Source: Nitrospirota bacterium (GTDB lineage: Bacteria; Nitrospirota; UBA9217). From it: a stretch of 64,000 bases of DNA. Under the pieces are notes generated by a model, which was given only the letters and a program-made list of their open reading frames with translations, ran no database searches and was not told the origin of the DNA. A program made the translations under genes and the position numbers. Below, piece after piece: positions 44,907-55,078 of this stretch (positions are counted from its first letter, which is position 1; the number at the start of each line of letters is the position of its first letter). Location of the stretch: positions 192,001 to 256,000 of the forward strand of contig DASPSR010000007.1 in NCBI GenBank assembly GCA_035623825.1. Reading direction: 5' to 3'.

Positions 44907-46043
44907 ATGTCTAAAAAAAGTACTGCCAAGAAGAAGTCAGACGATAAAATGGGTGCAAAGCGGGACTATAAAAACCTTTTTTATCGAAAGCTTACCGAAA
45001 CTCACCTGTTCTACGAAGTCGGCAGGATAATCGCGTCAGAGTTAGAGCCATCCGATCTTGTTGAAAAAATCGTGTCGTCAATCAGAAAAGCGATAACCTT
45101 TGAGGGTGCCTCTGTTTATGTCGTGAAAAAGGACATGACAGGCCTTGACCCGCTGTCTGTGCATGCGCCGTCGGCTCAGGATAAGACATTCGGCGCGGTC
45201 TACTTTGATGTCGGTGCACCCGGTGAGATCGCGGCAAGCGGCGAACCGCTTTTCTTGGAAGATGCGACCCTCTTCGAGGGTTTTATCCACCATCCCGATG
45301 AGGAGATCAAGACCGGCAGCTACATCGGTGTCCCGCTGAAAAATGAGAACCGCATTGTCGGAGTGATGGGCTTCAGCCACAGCAGGAAGGCTGCGTTCAG
45401 GGTCGAGGACTTTGATCTGCTCCGGACCCTTTCCCACCTGATTTCCGCCGGCATCGAGAAGGCTGAGCTCTTCAAGAAAACGTTAGAGCTCTCGCGGGTC
45501 GATGAACTGACCGGCTTGCTCAACTATCGGGTCCTCCTGGAGAAGCTGGAAGAGGAAATCCACAGACAGGCTCGTACTGCCAGAGAGTTCTCATTCATCA
45601 TGATTGATATCGACGACTTCAAGCGGATCAACGACCGCTACGGACACCTTGAAGGGAGCAGGCTGATAGCGCAAATGGGGCCACTTCTGAAATCTGCATG
45701 CAGGACGGCAAGCACTGACATCTGTTTCCGCTACGGCGGAGAGGAATTTTCGATCCTCCTGGCAGAGACGGATCTGCAGGAGGCCTTGGGCGTTGCCGAA
45801 CGGGTGCGGAAGACCGTTGAGGAGTATCCGTTCTCTGTTAAAGTCATCCACCCGTTTGAACAGGTAACGGTAAGCCTCGGTGTTTCCATCGTGTCCCGGG
45901 GCGGAAAAACTGTCCCCGAGATCATGAACGAGGCTGACGTTGCGCTCTACCGGTCAAAGGCCACGGGCAAAAACCGTGTCACTCCGTACAGTGAGACGTA
46001 TACAATGCCCGGTCCTGCCCCAGAGCCGATGTCGGGGCATTAA
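44907..46043 (+). CDS. GAF-GGDEF diguanylate cyclase
   Basis: GAF domain (SYIGVPL...VGVM), DELTGLLN, DIDDFKRINDRYGH, RYGGEEF, ADVALYRSKATGKN. Confidence 0.93.
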   Translation: MSKKSTAKKKSDDKMGAKRDYKNLFYRKLTETHLFYEVGRIIASELEPSDLVEKIVSSIRKAITFEGASVYVVKKDMTGLDPLSVHAPSAQDKTFGAVYFDVGAPGEIAASGEPLFLEDATLFEGFIHHPDEEIKTGSYIGVPLKNENRIVGVMGFSHSRKAAFRVEDFDLLRTLSHLISAGIEKAELFKKTLELSRVDELTGLLNYRVLLEKLEEEIHRQARTAREFSFIMIDIDDFKRINDRYGHLEGSRLIAQMGPLLKSACRTASTDICFRYGGEEFSILLAETDLQEALGVAERVRKTVEEYPFSVKVIHPFEQVTVSLGVSIVSRGGKTVPEIMNEADVALYRSKATGKNRVTPYSETYTMPGPAPEPMSGH

Positions 46044-46045
46044 CC

Positions 46046-46222
46046 CTAAAAACACCCAAGCTGGCACGCCGAAATCTTGATCTTGATCTCATTGCAGATC
46101 GATCCAATCTCCTTTAAGGGGACCTTCAGCTCACGGGCCAGTGAATGGGCCTTTCCGCACGTTAGCCTGTCCTTTACCGATGCATTCCGTATTGCTTCCA
46201 TGATGATCTTCTTGCGGGTCAT
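46046..46222 (-). CDS. Small 58-aa Cys-containing hypothetical protein (absent from the ORF track)
   Basis: Hand translation MTRKKIIMEAIRNASVKDRLTCGKAHSLARELKVPLKEIGSICNEIKIKISACQLGCF*; GGAGGAAG RBS just upstream; C-terminal CQLGCF motif. Confidence 0.85.
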   Translation of the reverse strand: MTRKKIIMEAIRNASVKDRLTCGKAHSLARELKVPLKEIGSICNEIKIKISACQLGCF

Positions 46223-46380
46223 ACTTCCTCCTCTGTTACCATCCTGGCGAGGTCAACCCAGAATCGGGATTCTCTGAGACAAACAACGCCGGGAGCCACT
46301 ATAATACACGATGCGCAATGTAGGATGCAAGAAAAGAACGTTCTCCCTTGGCTTAAGCCCGACAATATCCGTTTCCGGGG

Positions 46381-46409
46381 TTGACTTGTCACCATCACTC
46401 AGATAAAAT
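46381..46409 (+). promoter_or_regulatory. sigma70 promoter of trxB
   Basis: TTGACT-N17-TAAAAT. Confidence 0.65.
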
Positions 46410-46440
46410 ACGGAATACCCGACAGAGAGGAGGAGCAGGA

Positions 46441-47373
46441 ATGGCGCAATCGTTCGACGCAATTATCATTGGATCAGGACCAGCCGGACTTACGGCAGCG
46501 ATCTATCTCGGGCGTGCTGGCCAAAAGGCCGTTGTTCTGGAAAAAGATTTTACCGGCGGGTACACGGCAAAGATCGCGCATATCGAGAATTACCCGGGAT
46601 ATGAAACCATCAGCGGCATGGATCTCACCATGATCATGGCAAAACAGGCGGAAAAGTTCGGTGCCACGATTGTTTTCCCAGTTGAGGTGATCGACCTGGA
46701 GCTCAAAGGAGAGGTCAAACGGGTCCGCACGCGCGAGGAGATTTACGAGGCGCCCGCCGTGATTATTGCAATCGGTGTGGCCAGAAAGAAACTGGAAGTT
46801 CCCGGGGCGAAGGAATTCCTCGGCAAGGGCGTCTCCTACTGCGCTACCTGCGACGGGGCGTTCTTCAAAGGGAGGACGGTAGCTGTGGTCGGATCGGACG
46901 ACGAGGCTGCAGAAGAAGCTCTTCACCTTGCCGATCTTGCCGACAAAGTATCTCTGGTGCCGCACAAGGAACTCGATGTTGTCGTGGCAGTCATGGCAAG
47001 GATGAAATCCAAAACGAATCTGGAAATCCATCCTGTATCGCACATCAAGGAGATTATCGGTGATGAGTTGGTAACCGGCCTCAAGATCTTGCGGGACAAC
47101 ACGGAAAAAGTGCTGCCCTTCGAAGGCGTGTTCATCGCCATGGGCTCAACCCCCATTTCTTCACTCATCCTTAAGGCGGGCGGGCTCGCCGACGACCGTG
47201 GCTGCCTGATCGTGGACAAGCACCAGCGGATGAACATCGACGGCGTCTTCGCCGCCGGCGACTGCACCTGCGGCGGAATGCAGATCGTGTCCGCAGCGGG
47301 CGAAGGAGCCGTTGCGGGCATGCGGGCTGCCTCGTACGTACGGAAGATTAAAGCCAAGACATCGGGAAAATGA
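46441..47373 (+). CDS. trxB: Thioredoxin-disulfide reductase
   Basis: IIGSGPAGLTAAIY, IENYPG, GKGVSYCATCDG, GVFAAGD; start ATG 46441 after AGGAG. Confidence 0.88.
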   Translation: MAQSFDAIIIGSGPAGLTAAIYLGRAGQKAVVLEKDFTGGYTAKIAHIENYPGYETISGMDLTMIMAKQAEKFGATIVFPVEVIDLELKGEVKRVRTREEIYEAPAVIIAIGVARKKLEVPGAKEFLGKGVSYCATCDGAFFKGRTVAVVGSDDEAAEEALHLADLADKVSLVPHKELDVVVAVMARMKSKTNLEIHPVSHIKEIIGDELVTGLKILRDNTEKVLPFEGVFIAMGSTPISSLILKAGGLADDRGCLIVDKHQRMNIDGVFAAGDCTCGGMQIVSAAGEGAVAGMRAASYVRKIKAKTSGK

Positions 47374-47508
47374 AAGGCAAGCGCCAAGTCCCATGCGCCC
47401 GAATCCAACTACAGTTTAAGTTCCCATTTATGAAGACTTCGCTTCTGTTCATTGGTAGTTGTTTGTAATTTTGATATTGGTATTTGATATTTTCCATTTG
47501 GGGTATCG

Positions 47509-48795
47509 ATGACCGTCAAAGATATGCTTGGCCGCTCCGGTGTGGTAACGAAAGAAGAGGCGCTCAGGATGATTGCAGAGCGTTACAGGCCGCCCGTTAT
47601 CCCTTCAGAAGAGATCTCCATCGGGCTTTCCCTCGGAAGAATAATGGCACGGGATATCACGTCGCCAGTTGATCTGCCTGAATTTGACCGGTCGACAATG
47701 GATGGGTACGCCGTCCGCAGTGCGGACACCTTTGGCGCCGCCGAAGGCCGGGCAGCTTATCTTCGCATCGTTGGAGATATCCCCATGGGGAAACTGCCCG
47801 ATCGGGGTGTCACCACGGGTCAGGCAATGAGGATCGCCACTGGTGGCGCGCTCCCACCGGGTGCGGACGCTGTAGTGATGTTCGAACACACCCAGCCCGT
47901 CGACGTGGAAGGCGTCGAGGTCGTGAAAGCTGTTGCGCCCAGGGAAAACGTCACCCTGGCAGGGGAAGACATCCGGAAGGGTGAGCCGGTGCTCTCGAAA
48001 GGTCATGTAATCCGTCCGCAGGACATGGCGGCGCTTGCCGGCATGGGTATCATGCACGTACCGGTGTTCGAGAGACCGCGTGTTGCGATTATATCCACGG
48101 GCAACGAGATCGTTTCCGCCGATACCGTTCCTGGACCAGGCCAGATACGGGACAGCAATTCCTATAGCTTAGAAGGTCTCATCACACAGGTAGGCGGAGT
48201 TCCCGTGAAAATGGGGATCATCCCCGATGATTACGGCCGCCTGCGGAGAACCCTGGAGGACGCCATGCAGCATTGCAATCTTGTCCTGTTCACCGGCGGA
48301 AGCTCCGTTGGAACGGCGGATTTTACGGCGAATGTGATCAACGATATGGGACCACCGGGTGTGCTTGTGCACGGAGTTTCGATTAAGCCCGGAAAGCCGC
48401 TCATCATCGGCTTGGCGAAAAGGAAAGACAGAAACGAACAGGTTCCGGTGTTCGGCCTGCCGGGACATCAGGCGGCGGTTGCCATCTGCTTTGAGGTGTT
48501 TGTGAAACCCGTTCTTGCGAAGCTGACCGGCGCTGTGCCGCATCCCGCCTTGGAGGGAATTTCCCCCAGTCGATTGGTAAAGGCTAAGCTCGCTCGAAGC
48601 ATCTCCTCCTCCCCGGGTCGCGAAGATCACGTCCGCGTAACGCTCGAAAAACGTGATGATGGCCTCTGGGCTAGGCCCGTCTTCGGCGCTTCCGGACTCA
48701 TCAGCACACTCGTCAGGGCCGTGGGTACGGTAGTTGTGCCCGTGAACAAGATAGGGATCGAGGCGGGCGAAGAAGTGGAAGTGAGGCTATTTTAA
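47509..48795 (+). CDS. moeA: Molybdopterin molybdotransferase MoeA (gephyrin-like)
   Basis: P.FDRSTMDGYAVR, IATGGALPPGADAVVM.E, STGNE, DSN, TGGSSVG, IKPGKP, GLPG. Confidence 0.93.
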   Translation: MTVKDMLGRSGVVTKEEALRMIAERYRPPVIPSEEISIGLSLGRIMARDITSPVDLPEFDRSTMDGYAVRSADTFGAAEGRAAYLRIVGDIPMGKLPDRGVTTGQAMRIATGGALPPGADAVVMFEHTQPVDVEGVEVVKAVAPRENVTLAGEDIRKGEPVLSKGHVIRPQDMAALAGMGIMHVPVFERPRVAIISTGNEIVSADTVPGPGQIRDSNSYSLEGLITQVGGVPVKMGIIPDDYGRLRRTLEDAMQHCNLVLFTGGSSVGTADFTANVINDMGPPGVLVHGVSIKPGKPLIIGLAKRKDRNEQVPVFGLPGHQAAVAICFEVFVKPVLAKLTGAVPHPALEGISPSRLVKAKLARSISSSPGREDHVRVTLEKRDDGLWARPVFGASGLISTLVRAVGTVVVPVNKIGIEAGEEVEVRLF

Positions 48796-48957
48796 CGTGA
48801 GAAGAGCAACCCTTCGGGACACAAACAACACGGTAAGAAATTCGGAATATGAACTGGATAAATTATCGAATGACTCGGAGAAGACGGGATTCATCAATTG
48901 TTTACTCGGATTCGTGAGAAGCGTCCAGGCGTGATATTCGCGCTAAAATCTTTGATC

Positions 48958-50886
48958 ATGTATAAGCAGAAAAAATATATTGAGAACCAACCACTCAATG
49001 AGGCGATTCAGAAATATCATGATGCACTCAAGGCTGAGGATATTGGCAAGCCTCTATCGGGTGAGCGTGTCCCTGTGGGCGATGTCCTGGGACGAGTGAC
49101 ATCTGAGGCCGTGATCGCGAAGCTCTCCTCTCCTTTTTATCATTCCGCAGCCATGGACGGCTATGCCGTCCGCTTCATGGACACATTCGGCGCGGCAGAG
49201 ACGACGCCGAGGCGTCTCACGGTACCGACAATGGCTGTTGCCGTGGATACCGGTGACCCCATGCCGGACGGCTACGATGCCGTCATAATGATCGAAGACG
49301 TTGAAAGGGTCTCGGAGGCCGAGATCGAAATCTTAAAGCCGGCAACACCATGGCAACATGTGCGGCTTGTGGGCGAGGACATCGTCGCGACGGAGCTTAT
49401 CATCCCCGAGAACCACGTTGTCCGTCCAGTAGACATGGCGGCGATGATCGCGAGCGGCCATGCCTCGGTCATGGTGCGGCGCAGACCGGTCGTCTCAATC
49501 ATCCCCACGGGCTCAGAGCTCGTAGAACCAGGCAGCAAGCTCAAGAAGGGCGTCATCATCGATTTCAACTCGACCATGCTTGCGGCCATGACAACGGAGT
49601 GTGGAGCACATGCGGTTCGGCAGCATATCGTAAAAGACGATGCCGTCCTTCTTCGCAAGGCCATTCTCGAAGCGATTGCCGACACGGACGTCGTTGTCAT
49701 CAACGCAGGATCTTCAGCAGGCAGGGAAGACTTCACCGCGGACGTGATCGCAGAACTCGGCAAGGTTATTGTCCATGGCGTGAACATCAAACCCGGTAAG
49801 CCCGTGATTCTTGGCATTGTGAACGGGAAACCGGTAATCGGTATTCCGGGCTATCCGGTCTCTGCGGCGCTCACCTTCGCTCTCTTCGTTAAGCCCCGTA
49901 TTCACGCACTGCTGGGGCTCGCGCCGCCTAAGCCAGAGACGATCACGGCCAAACTCAGCAGGCAAGTGGCATCCTCCCTCGGACAGGAAGAATTCATCCG
50001 CGTAAAGCTCGGAGACGTTTCCGGCAACCTGATCGCAACACCTGTGACCAGGGGAGCCGGGTCGCTCATGTCGCTGGTCAGAGCGGATGGTATTATCCGT
50101 GTTCCAGCGCAGAGCGAAGGGATTGCTGCCGGGCATGATGTGACTGTGGAACTTCTGCGGTCAGCCCGCGATATCGGAAATACCATCGTCTGTATTGGTT
50201 CCCACGATAACGCCCTTGATGTCCTCGCCAACTATCTGAAGAAGAAGCATCCGGAACTTTCCCTCTCCTCGGCCCATGTTGGCAGTATGGGAGGGCTTCT
50301 TGCGCTCAAACGTGGCGAGGCGCATCTTTCAGGTACCCATTTACTCGACGAGGAGACCGGCGAATATAATGTCAGCTTCATCAAAAAGATGCTCCCTGGC
50401 AGCAAGACGGTCCTCGTGAACCTTGTGTATCGGACGCAGGGATTCATCGTTCCCAAAGGGAATCCTAAAGGCATAAAGGGATTCGAAGACCTGGCGCGCG
50501 GGGGTGTGGTATTCGTGAACCGTCAGGCAGGTGCAGGAACGCGTCTCCTGACGGACCTGCATCTTAAGAAATTGAAGATTGACCCGAAGAACGTAAAAGG
50601 GTATCATCACGAGGAATTCACGCACATGGCTGTGGCCGCTGCCGTACTGTCAGGAGCAGCGGACACGGGCCTTGCAGTGCTGTCCGCAGCACAGGCGTTG
50701 GACCTGGACTTCATCGCGGTGGCGCAGGAACGGTACGATTTGGCAATCCCGAAGGAATTCTATGATACGCCTATGCTCCAGGAGTTGCTTGGGATCATTC
50801 GTAACGACAGGGATTTCCGTGACAAGATCGTCGGTATGGGGGGGTATGAGGTGACCGATATGGGCAAAGTTCTCGGTGTTTTTTAA
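48958..50886 (+). CDS. moeA: MoeA fused to a C-terminal PBP (molybdate/tungstate-binding-like) domain
   Basis: SAAMDGYAV, TGDPMP, GSSAGREDF, IKPGKP, GIPGYPVS, then GSHD...GSMGGL.AL.RGEAH..G.HL, NRQ.GAGTR. Confidence 0.92.
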   Translation: MYKQKKYIENQPLNEAIQKYHDALKAEDIGKPLSGERVPVGDVLGRVTSEAVIAKLSSPFYHSAAMDGYAVRFMDTFGAAETTPRRLTVPTMAVAVDTGDPMPDGYDAVIMIEDVERVSEAEIEILKPATPWQHVRLVGEDIVATELIIPENHVVRPVDMAAMIASGHASVMVRRRPVVSIIPTGSELVEPGSKLKKGVIIDFNSTMLAAMTTECGAHAVRQHIVKDDAVLLRKAILEAIADTDVVVINAGSSAGREDFTADVIAELGKVIVHGVNIKPGKPVILGIVNGKPVIGIPGYPVSAALTFALFVKPRIHALLGLAPPKPETITAKLSRQVASSLGQEEFIRVKLGDVSGNLIATPVTRGAGSLMSLVRADGIIRVPAQSEGIAAGHDVTVELLRSARDIGNTIVCIGSHDNALDVLANYLKKKHPELSLSSAHVGSMGGLLALKRGEAHLSGTHLLDEETGEYNVSFIKKMLPGSKTVLVNLVYRTQGFIVPKGNPKGIKGFEDLARGGVVFVNRQAGAGTRLLTDLHLKKLKIDPKNVKGYHHEEFTHMAVAAAVLSGAADTGLAVLSAAQALDLDFIAVAQERYDLAIPKEFYDTPMLQELLGIIRNDRDFRDKIVGMGGYEVTDMGKVLGVF

Positions 50887-50970
50887 CTCTGGTTTAAAAA
50901 TCAAAAAGGCGGAACAGTGCCTCTTTTTTTCATTGTGCGTTTTACATTTTAAATTTTATCGGAGGTAACA

Positions 50971-51684
50971 ATGCTCGCAATCAGCGCGGTGCCTGGATTG
51001 GGGACGGGAGTAATCGGTCTCTTTGGGGAAACAGGGTGGGTCGGTAAAGGGATCGTGATCATTCTCTTGGGATTTTCCATCGTATCCTGGGCCATGATCC
51101 TTCTTAAATACCAGTTTCTGAGAAAGGCTGAGAGAGAATCCCATGATTTCCTGTCTACGTTCCGGAAGACCAAGAACATCGACGAGCTCTTCAGGCATGC
51201 GGAGAGAACGAAATACAGCCCGCTTGCCACCCTCTTCATCGAGGGCTACCGGGAGACCGAGTCGATCATGAAGACCTTTCCGGACGGGAAGGCGCCCGAG
51301 GAAGAACGACCGCTCATAGCCCAGGAGATCGAGCGTTCTCTAAAGATCACAACGCAGGACGAAATCGTATACATGGAGCGTTACCTAGCGTTCCTCGGCA
51401 CGACCGGCACGGTAGGACCGCTCCTGGGCCTCTTTGGCACGGTTTGGGGCATCATGGACGCGTTCTACGGCATCGGCCTGAAAGGCGCCGGAGACATCGG
51501 CTCACTGGCGCCGGGGCTCGCGGCCGCACTGATCAACACCATATCCGGCCTGTTCGTAGCCATTCCTGCGGTAATCGCCTATAACTATTTCGCTGACAAG
51601 ATCCGGGACATCGCCATCCGTTGTGATTCGTTCTCCATGGAGTTCTTGAGTTTCCTCGAGAGAAATCTGAGGAGGCGGTCATGA
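50971..51684 (+). CDS. tolQ: TolQ (MotA/TolQ/ExbB proton channel)
   Basis: Three TM helices; FLGTTG..GPLLGLFGTVWGIM, GLFVAIPAVIAYN. Confidence 0.9.
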   Translation: MLAISAVPGLGTGVIGLFGETGWVGKGIVIILLGFSIVSWAMILLKYQFLRKAERESHDFLSTFRKTKNIDELFRHAERTKYSPLATLFIEGYRETESIMKTFPDGKAPEEERPLIAQEIERSLKITTQDEIVYMERYLAFLGTTGTVGPLLGLFGTVWGIMDAFYGIGLKGAGDIGSLAPGLAAALINTISGLFVAIPAVIAYNYFADKIRDIAIRCDSFSMEFLSFLERNLRRRS

Positions 51685-52100
51685 GCTTCGAGCGAAGAGA
51701 GAGGCACATCATCCGGGAGATCAACCTCGTACCGCTTATCGACGTGCTTCTGACGGTGCTGTTCTTCTACATGATCGTTTCTCCGATGATGAGCAGGGGC
51801 CTCGATGTAAACCTGCCCAAGTCCGAGGCGAACACCGTAAAGTCCGAAGACCGTATCGTACTCACGGTCACCCGGGCGCAGGAACTGTTTGTGGAGAAGG
51901 AGCGGGTGGACATTTCAAAGCTAAAAGGAGTGCTCGATTCCATACGGAAATCGAAGCCGCAGATCAACGTTTACCTCAGGGCCGACCGTGATGCTCCATA
52001 CGGCGCGGTGGTGCAGGTTATGGATGTCGTAAAGCGCGCGGGTATCGACCGGTTGGGCATGGTGACCGAACCTGCATCGGGAGGCGAGACCGGAAAATGA
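51681..52100 (+). CDS. tolR: TolR (ExbD/TolR family)
   Basis: EINLVPLIDV, VNLPK, YLRADRDAPYGAVVQVMD. Confidence 0.92.
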   Translation: MSFERRERHIIREINLVPLIDVLLTVLFFYMIVSPMMSRGLDVNLPKSEANTVKSEDRIVLTVTRAQELFVEKERVDISKLKGVLDSIRKSKPQINVYLRADRDAPYGAVVQVMDVVKRAGIDRLGMVTEPASGGETGK

Positions 52101-52852
52101 GGCTGCTCTCCGGGAAGAGGATCGGGCAGTCGCGACCGGAACTGGCATACGCGGTTCTCTTTTCTTTTTTCCTCCATGGTATTATCCTATTTACCGCGCT
52201 CTTCTTGTACACGAGTGCCACGCCGAAGACATACGTTCCCCCCGCTTATCAGGTCAAGCTGGTTGGTCAACCCGCAGAAATCCCAAGGGAGCCATCGGAA
52301 AGACCCGCGGGAAGCGTTACGCCTCCCCTGCCGAAGCACGAGGAGAAGGCCGCTCCGAAGAAGAGTACGATTCCACAAAGGGTCGCAAAGACAGCTCCCG
52401 CGAAAGGAGCCATGCCAGAGCTTGCGCAGCCAAAGCATCGGCCAATAAATGAGGAAGTGGCAAAGCCGGAAGAAACCGCGAAGGAACAGCACGCTGGGCC
52501 GGTCGGAGGCCCGTCCGTGTCGGGCGGCGGGGCGGCATCCGGCGTAAGTGTAGCTACAGCCCAGCCGGACTTCAAGTTCCAGTACTATATCGACAGAGTT
52601 CGGGACAAGATAGGTCAAAACTGGAGACCGCCACCGGATGCTAAAGACGCAAAGGCCAGAGTCATATTTACCATCAACAGGTCGGGCTGGATAGGGGAAG
52701 TCAACCTGGATACTGGACACTCGAGCGGTACCTTCGGCTTTAAGCAGGCAGCAGTAAGAGCAATACAGTCGTCAAATCCGTTTCCGCCCTTGCCCGATGA
52801 TTTTGCAAAACAGTCGCTGGAGTTCAGTGTGGATCTGATGGAGAAAGAATAA
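52097..52852 (+). CDS. tolA: TolA/TonB-family energy transducer
   Basis: TM helix with S..LH motif, Pro/Lys/Glu linker, C-terminal KIGQNW.PP...F.INRSG...AVRAI..SNPFPPLP; located between tolR and tolB. Confidence 0.8.
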   Translation: MRLLSGKRIGQSRPELAYAVLFSFFLHGIILFTALFLYTSATPKTYVPPAYQVKLVGQPAEIPREPSERPAGSVTPPLPKHEEKAAPKKSTIPQRVAKTAPAKGAMPELAQPKHRPINEEVAKPEETAKEQHAGPVGGPSVSGGGAASGVSVATAQPDFKFQYYIDRVRDKIGQNWRPPPDAKDAKARVIFTINRSGWIGEVNLDTGHSSGTFGFKQAAVRAIQSSNPFPPLPDDFAKQSLEFSVDLMEKE

Positions 52853-52927
52853 AGTCAGGAACCGGAGCCGGGGCAGGGCGAAGAAAAAAATATTCCCTTG
52901 ACCCTTGACTCTTTATCATCGCGAGTC

Positions 52928-54214
52928 ATGAAACGAAAAATAACAATCGCAATATTGATTCTGCTTTTGGCAAATCCCGCCGTTGTCCGTTCCCAGTACT
53001 ATCTTGGCGTGATACAGGGGGAGGCGAAGAAGATCCCGATCTCTGTGCTGAATGTCTATGATGACGCCGGCTCTCCGCAGCTTCGTGAAATGGCTATCGA
53101 GGTCCTGGAGGCGGACCTGCGCCGCTCACAGATATTCGATGTTATGGACCCGAAGAAGCTTGACCTAGCATATTCGGCAAGGACAGAGCCACCGGAGGAT
53201 GTCGTCAAACGGGCGGGAACCTTCGGCCTTACCGGAGTTGTCTGGGCGTCTCTGCAGAGGAAGGGAACGGAACTTGTTCTGTCCGGCAAATTGTACGATG
53301 CGGCGACCGGAATGAAGATGACCGCCAAAGAGTATTTTGGCAATAACGATACGGTGCGGCGCATGGTTCATACCTTCGCCGATGAGATCGTAACCCGGTA
53401 CACGGGCGAGAAGGGCATCGCGAGGTCCCGAATCGCGTACGTATCGGACAAGACAAAATACAAAGAACTGTACGTCATGGATTATGACGGCAAGAATGCA
53501 TTGAAGATCTCGGCAGACCGCTCTATCTGCATGTCCCCATCTTGGAGCCCGGACGGCAAGACGCTTGCCTACGTATCATACCGCGACAGGAATCCCGATC
53601 TTTACGGGTTGGATATGGACACAGGCAAGCGCTGGAAGATATCGGGACACGAGGGCCTGAACATTTCGCCCGCATGGTCCCCAAACGGCAGAAACTTGGC
53701 CGTTGCCTTGAGCAAGGACGGGAGCGCTGAGATCTATCTTATGGACCGAAGCGGGAACGACCTCGATCGGCTGACCTACGGAGTGTATGACAACGTTTCG
53801 CCCTCCTGGGCTCCGAACGGAAGGGAGATCGTTTTTACCTCGGGTCGGGCGGGAACGCCGCAGCTGTATATCATGAGTGCCGACGGAACCGACGTACGCA
53901 GGGTAACGTTCGAAGGGCCATATAACGCCTCGCCAAATTGGTCACCGCGAGGAGACCGGATCGTTTTCGTTTCGCAGGTCAGTGGGTTGTTCAAGATCGC
54001 CACGATCAATCCCGATGGCTCCGATTTCCGGCTGCTCACAAATGGGCCGGGAAACGACGAGAATCCCATGTGGTCTCCTTCCGGACGCCAAATCGTATTC
54101 AGTTCAAACCGCGAGGGGAAATTCAATATCTACATCATGAATGCCGACGGCTCCGATATCGAACGCATGACGTCGAACGACGCAAATTACACTTCGCCAG
54201 CATGGTCGCCCTGA
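52928..54214 (+). CDS. tolB: Tol-Pal beta-propeller protein TolB
   Basis: Signal peptide, N-terminal domain ending H.FADEI...TGEKG, SRIAYVS, repeated P.WSP.G (PD40) ending PAWSP. Confidence 0.94.
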   Translation: MKRKITIAILILLLANPAVVRSQYYLGVIQGEAKKIPISVLNVYDDAGSPQLREMAIEVLEADLRRSQIFDVMDPKKLDLAYSARTEPPEDVVKRAGTFGLTGVVWASLQRKGTELVLSGKLYDAATGMKMTAKEYFGNNDTVRRMVHTFADEIVTRYTGEKGIARSRIAYVSDKTKYKELYVMDYDGKNALKISADRSICMSPSWSPDGKTLAYVSYRDRNPDLYGLDMDTGKRWKISGHEGLNISPAWSPNGRNLAVALSKDGSAEIYLMDRSGNDLDRLTYGVYDNVSPSWAPNGREIVFTSGRAGTPQLYIMSADGTDVRRVTFEGPYNASPNWSPRGDRIVFVSQVSGLFKIATINPDGSDFRLLTNGPGNDENPMWSPSGRQIVFSSNREGKFNIYIMNADGSDIERMTSNDANYTSPAWSP

Positions 54215-54547
54215 GTCGCTATGGACAGAGAGATTCTCGTTTAAGGCGCCATTACAGCTGCGGCAACGAAGCAGAGCATTCGTCAATAGGGACGATAAGG
54301 CAATCATCCACATCACGGGAACAGGAAGAGCTTGCCCACAGTTATTCAATGACATCGTGCATTCTCCTTTCGCTTACTTCAAGCAACCGTCGTTCTCCGC
54401 TTAAGCATCACTCTCACCCGGTAAACGATAAAAAAGAGCCTATCTGGTAATGTGATATAATAAGAATATCAGGCCCTTGAAGAGTTTTTCTGTCCTTTAT
54501 CATACTTTATGACCTGAGATATCAGCCGTGCTCTGGGAGGTGATGCC

Positions 54548-55078
54548 ATGAAGGCCTTGATAATCAGTGCCGATAATTTTGAAGATACGGAACTCCTTGT
54601 TCCTTATTACAGGCTCAAGGAAGAGGGCATCGATGTGGATATCGCATCGATGCAGAAAGGCAAAATCAAGGGGAAGCACGGGTATGAGGCGGTGGTGACC
54701 AAAACACTCGCCGAAGTGAAACCCGAAGAGTACGGAATCCTGGTGCTCCCCGGCGGCAGAGCACCAGAAGTCGTGCGGAAACAGCCGAAAGCAGTCGAAA
54801 TCGCGAAATACTTTTTTCAGGCGAACAAACCGGTCTCCGCTATCTGCCACGGTCCGCAGACCCTGATCACAGGGGGGCTACTCAAGGGCAGGCGGGCGAC
54901 CTGTTACCGAAGTGTCGCCGCGGAGATAAAGGCAGCGGGTGCTTTCTATGAGGACAGTGAAGTTGTCATCGACGGCAATCTGGTGACCTCACGCCAGCCA
55001 TCTGACCTTCCGGCGTTCATGCGAGAGACCATGAAGATGATCAAGCGGGCGAAAGCGGAACGGTCTGCAGCAGCATAA
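54548..55078 (+). CDS. pfpI: PfpI/DJ-1 family intracellular protease/deglycase
   Basis: FEDTEL, LVLPGGRAPE, AICHGPQ, DGNLVTSRQPSDLPAF; GGAGG RBS. Confidence 0.92.
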   Translation: MKALIISADNFEDTELLVPYYRLKEEGIDVDIASMQKGKIKGKHGYEAVVTKTLAEVKPEEYGILVLPGGRAPEVVRKQPKAVEIAKYFFQANKPVSAICHGPQTLITGGLLKGRRATCYRSVAAEIKAAGAFYEDSEVVIDGNLVTSRQPSDLPAFMRETMKMIKRAKAERSAAA

